Shown here: one piece after another, positions 37,101 to 37,898 of the stretch
How the letters are laid out: the number at the start of each line of letters is the position of its first letter
Position numbering within the stretch: position 1 is the first letter of the stretch
Virus record (IMG/VR): IMGVR_UViG_3300009155_000050
Location: 62,001-99,898 of that record
Reading direction: 5' to 3' (one strand)
DNA: 37,898 bases
Source of the DNA: an uncultured virus (IMG/VR IMGVR_UViG_3300009155_000050)
Taxonomy: Duplodnaviria; Heunggongvirae; Uroviricota; Caudoviricetes
Notes under the pieces: generated by a model
What the model was told of the DNA's origin: nothing
Seen by the model: only the letters and a program-made list of their open reading frames with translations
Databases searched by the model: none
Made by a program: the position numbers and the translations under genes

Positions 37101-37898
37101 CCACCGCTAAATCAAGCGACCGGCACTATTCTTTTTATCCGGAGTCAAGTAGCCGAAGTTGACGATATACATGTGTTCTATGATCAACAAAACGTTTATT
37201 GTAACAGTGCTACGATCATTTTTGGTTGGCCACAAAATACTTGGACATTCATTTCGATCCAACGGGTAGGCAACGCCATATCAATTGCAATTAATCAAGG
37301 GACATCGACATCGATACCATTAACAGCAGAAGATCGAGCGATGTCATTTGGCGATTTCATACTAGGTGGCGCTCCCGTAAATGTGGCGACTGAGGCTACC
37401 TATCAATTCGGCAACGTGTCAATTAGCGACGTGGTGGTTTACAAGGCAATCGTAGACCTGTCCTCCTATTATAACCTTGGGCTCGGCACATTTAGTGATA
37501 GCTGGGGTGAAGATGCCGCTCTGTGGTACTGTGGTCCACATCAATATAAGTTGAATAGTAGCGGTGAAGATTCAAACGGCTATTTGCCTCTGACCATCGG
37601 TGTGGGTACGAGCTTTAATGCAGGAAAGATAAACAATGCTTTAACTGTTAATGGCTCTGAATATTACGATGCCACCAAGAATGCCGTTGCTGCAGGTGCT
37701 GCTGGTGCACCATTTAACACTTTAGGTAATAATTTCAGTATTGCGTTCTGGGCTAAGTGGCAGGATACGTTTATTCTAGGTGGAACACTTCTAACCACGT
37801 TCGATAGCAGCATCGGGTCAGCTAAACCTACGATCAGTTTAGCTACAGCGCCACAGAATGTTACTGGCACTGGCACTGGCACTGGCACTGGCACTGGC
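31119..37898 (+). CDS. Giant putative virion adhesin/fibre, partial: F5/8 (discoidin)-like domain plus 8 LamG/concanavalin-A-like domains with poly-Thr linkers
   Basis: Hand translation from ATG 31119 is stop-free for 2260 codons. Discoidin motifs: LTDGD...W, WINFDLG, YSTDG, ARYVRI. LamG motifs: SITFWLK, GTIQFWVK, WNHLVISYDG, LYLNGQ, FDELRIYDRQLS, WTHVAFRY, FTVAGWFR, FSIAFWAK. Confidence 0.88.
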   Translation, partial: MIYKFTLLGASQFGTENARNSFVTPTGVPTSGISRVYVKYTKMSGKGGVSSNITPTGLLVSTILNGLSGSNFNNSDLVFEFTGPGIGASQPGPGTNWISGTYQPAIVPTYYAQLINSGDLNPNVTWQFSIATNQYPLSLESVELVFESISNVSCTGTALAISAFDFYRTTYTGTDAKLRACFNIDKSQPTISLAKLTDGDASTGWAAFGLANANESAWINFDLGSNFNITSLEVAPSGQTCVAPIVGGIGDQGRIGGMNYLNDANILYSTDGVTYKLATVPSTGATFVFTNTVYGIWACYPFAFVARYVRIRSAVATNAVLGLSRFRLFGTAATTTTSTTTTTTTTTTVTPTTTITPTTTVTTTTTTGAPSATPVHAYDFKRRLLDVNSIYPVGYTNGSIDLADNNIANDTAYDPNAIYVGSRTNSTTGAIRFKAPTSSFSNPTQGYKYVAEGVNLNASSITFWLKFPLRGVANETLPDRHILQLLYDDNSIFLLSIISGQLYASSNTASVKIADFYYQAVPGQTGMMFSEWYFITLRIQLGNCYIQVWKQNGTKIFETAVGGVQSGSRRLQIGGYFDLSYILGVPIGDGKRVNPNAIGQDLADLRIFATFISDAQISAIYNAGYGTDVPAYTPDDWRCPMHLLAFKSNLDDTGASKGANVLITAPTNLSYVPSTNRTDARITNGAVNSINLLENDRDGVTSWGNSSGSTVFYDWMVGFWCSFGATSLTNQTIARLVLRSGTSDLLLLKLYRNTFTLTLDFYSDFAVRTASATVVTSTGAGVGLPMTSLCHYAIRYSQRSKSLTVYGNGIPRISIAADLIVSAEWVNIGATWQLGSNTAIDSALTFSDLRLICLGSGNPEFLKINSLNVEPMYNAGVVNGLGCPTTTTTTTTTTGTSTTKPPEPRPLHYFPLAGDIGDRVAANIGISALNPFITSFDHNLDLITNVNGNLNYLDVAGSAAGSAASINGSLKAVALRLDKYESGHALRAYSLQSFMFNGGRNLPPSPRGTIQFWVKFNCVKGDWHLKNIITFASNPSNASSRSGTFRLILEGDGYLYFYEGNNGSWLGKVDVDFLVDTWYFFNICMYIDEARPVNLQTTISISAFAMLDRINNILFEKTWQFLYYRRALGYLNYIHIGGDGSTWAPYYDRDIAGAQTLMVSGLVIWDVLIFAAKAKELFNYGNGINYSWPYIPWGDVQCPVHRFPFDNDALDVSRINLYAPLQCNAYGDINFTPSLMGDAVVYNSAVDPAGYLSIVSLASESIPIWQNCASCNMIGSGNSYGISIWFKDTDFKTAKLDTTGSDAVLQLSYLNEDGSKVPVTSVSQILPGLDRRPLLNYFKNDFPPSRYTIWDFGSSPKVGVWNHLVISYDGHYNRYVLYLNGQACVDDQRDYRPLTPIGAPKKIGMVLDLGGSTQWSFDELRIYDRQLSSIDALTLYGGGSGNAETCRDPGPTTTSTTTTTTPPYVNTPYHYYPFSQDTYDYFYDSDIAAVGGVFETFDGVTGFTPPSTGAQHSATFGGFTFSDEELVFTVFIRPVASSTELAIISLDINNITNLNVETTQTFELRLQAPGTLRVAWNGVESTLINISLPINAWSFLAFKRLKSGFTAISLNNGSWYNGPIINANANINISRILINAATFADLRFYSDKDVNFSAIFNQGKPKPLTVFNWRYQYKNPIHHYKCDGTAIDKIYGLDLAAGASTSYSAGAPKLGGQSLRVGGSVSYDVAFNANTGPVPGGVISNAGGQGDYGYAFWLDWGQDAYSGKITSQESTTTIWFSLQVLRTATDATLSLSVVNFFGTTVTTSIYVTPLSTLPKWTHVAFRYNSLNEVLFAYIDAVCVATTAVLIRPIANLQAIQQTLYLGSSATVGAMPQVNFNDYRIYMFLRGQDVAKLFEGTYESYAPTFPPTTDQVHHYRFNNTTYDSWGNQDLVPISNGGYGITYVNRTFAGVSQPCGARFRAINAEYAWYNVSSSGNWLSAGLSSFTVAGWFRIDNNPPLNQATGTILFIRSQVAEVDDIHVFYDQQNVYCNSATIIFGWPQNTWTFISIQRVGNAISIAINQGTSTSIPLTAEDRAMSFGDFILGGAPVNVATEATYQFGNVSISDVVVYKAIVDLSSYYNLGLGTFSDSWGEDAALWYCGPHQYKLNSSGEDSNGYLPLTIGVGTSFNAGKINNALTVNGSEYYDATKNAVAAGAAGAPFNTLGNNFSIAFWAKWQDTFILGGTLLTTFDSSIGSAKPTISLATAPQNVTGTGTGTGTGTG
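32118..32219 (+). repeat. Poly-Thr (ACN)n linker; shorter tracts at 33771-33815 and 35472-35501
   Basis: Encodes TTTTSTTTTTTTTTTVTPTTTITPTTTVTTTTTT. Confidence 0.85.
37863..37898 (+). repeat. (ACTGGC)6 perfect hexamer repeat encoding (Thr-Gly)n, truncated by the window end
   Basis: Six exact copies run to the last base. Confidence 0.95.

Noticed and set aside
32230..37860. Diversity-generating retroelement acting on the adhesin
   Set aside because: No reverse transcriptase is in the window and I saw no template/variable repeat pair. One elsewhere in the genome cannot be excluded.
31119..37898. Apparent ORF desert suggesting stop-codon reassignment or non-coding DNA
   Set aside because: It is one stop-free + strand frame, missing from the track only because it has no stop in the window.
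1..37898. Genome-wide TGA or TAG recoding
   Set aside because: Core genes are full length in the standard code. TGA (e.g. portal, helicase), TAG (e.g. 7343, 17678) and TAA all end genes at plausible positions.

Overview
A 37.9-kb fragment of a large T4-like (myovirus/jumbo-type) phage genome in the standard genetic code. The minus strand carries the head/packaging module: candidate small terminase, large terminase (gp17), portal (gp20), a 1074-aa acidic prohead-core-like protein, prohead protease (gp21), scaffold (gp22-like) and major capsid protein (gp23). A 4.4-kb island of glycosyltransferases, methyltransferases and an adenylate-forming ligase splits the protease from the scaffold, and an inverted C39 peptidase lies between terminase and portal. 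Also present are a gp55-like late sigma factor with a zinc-ribbon insertion, a UvsW-like helicase, a class II ribonucleotide reductase with two LAGLIDADG inteins, a GT8 glycosyltransferase, ThyX, a poly-acidic protein and a sigma70-type factor. The last 6.8 kb, which has only short ORFs in the track, is one uninterrupted + strand ORF (31119 to the window end, 2260 codons, translated by hand). It encodes a discoidin-like domain and eight LamG-like domains with poly-Thr linkers. The most promising system is a putative phage-encoded virion glycosylation pathway with Thr-rich acceptor proteins. All family calls come from motif recognition by eye, not from database searches.
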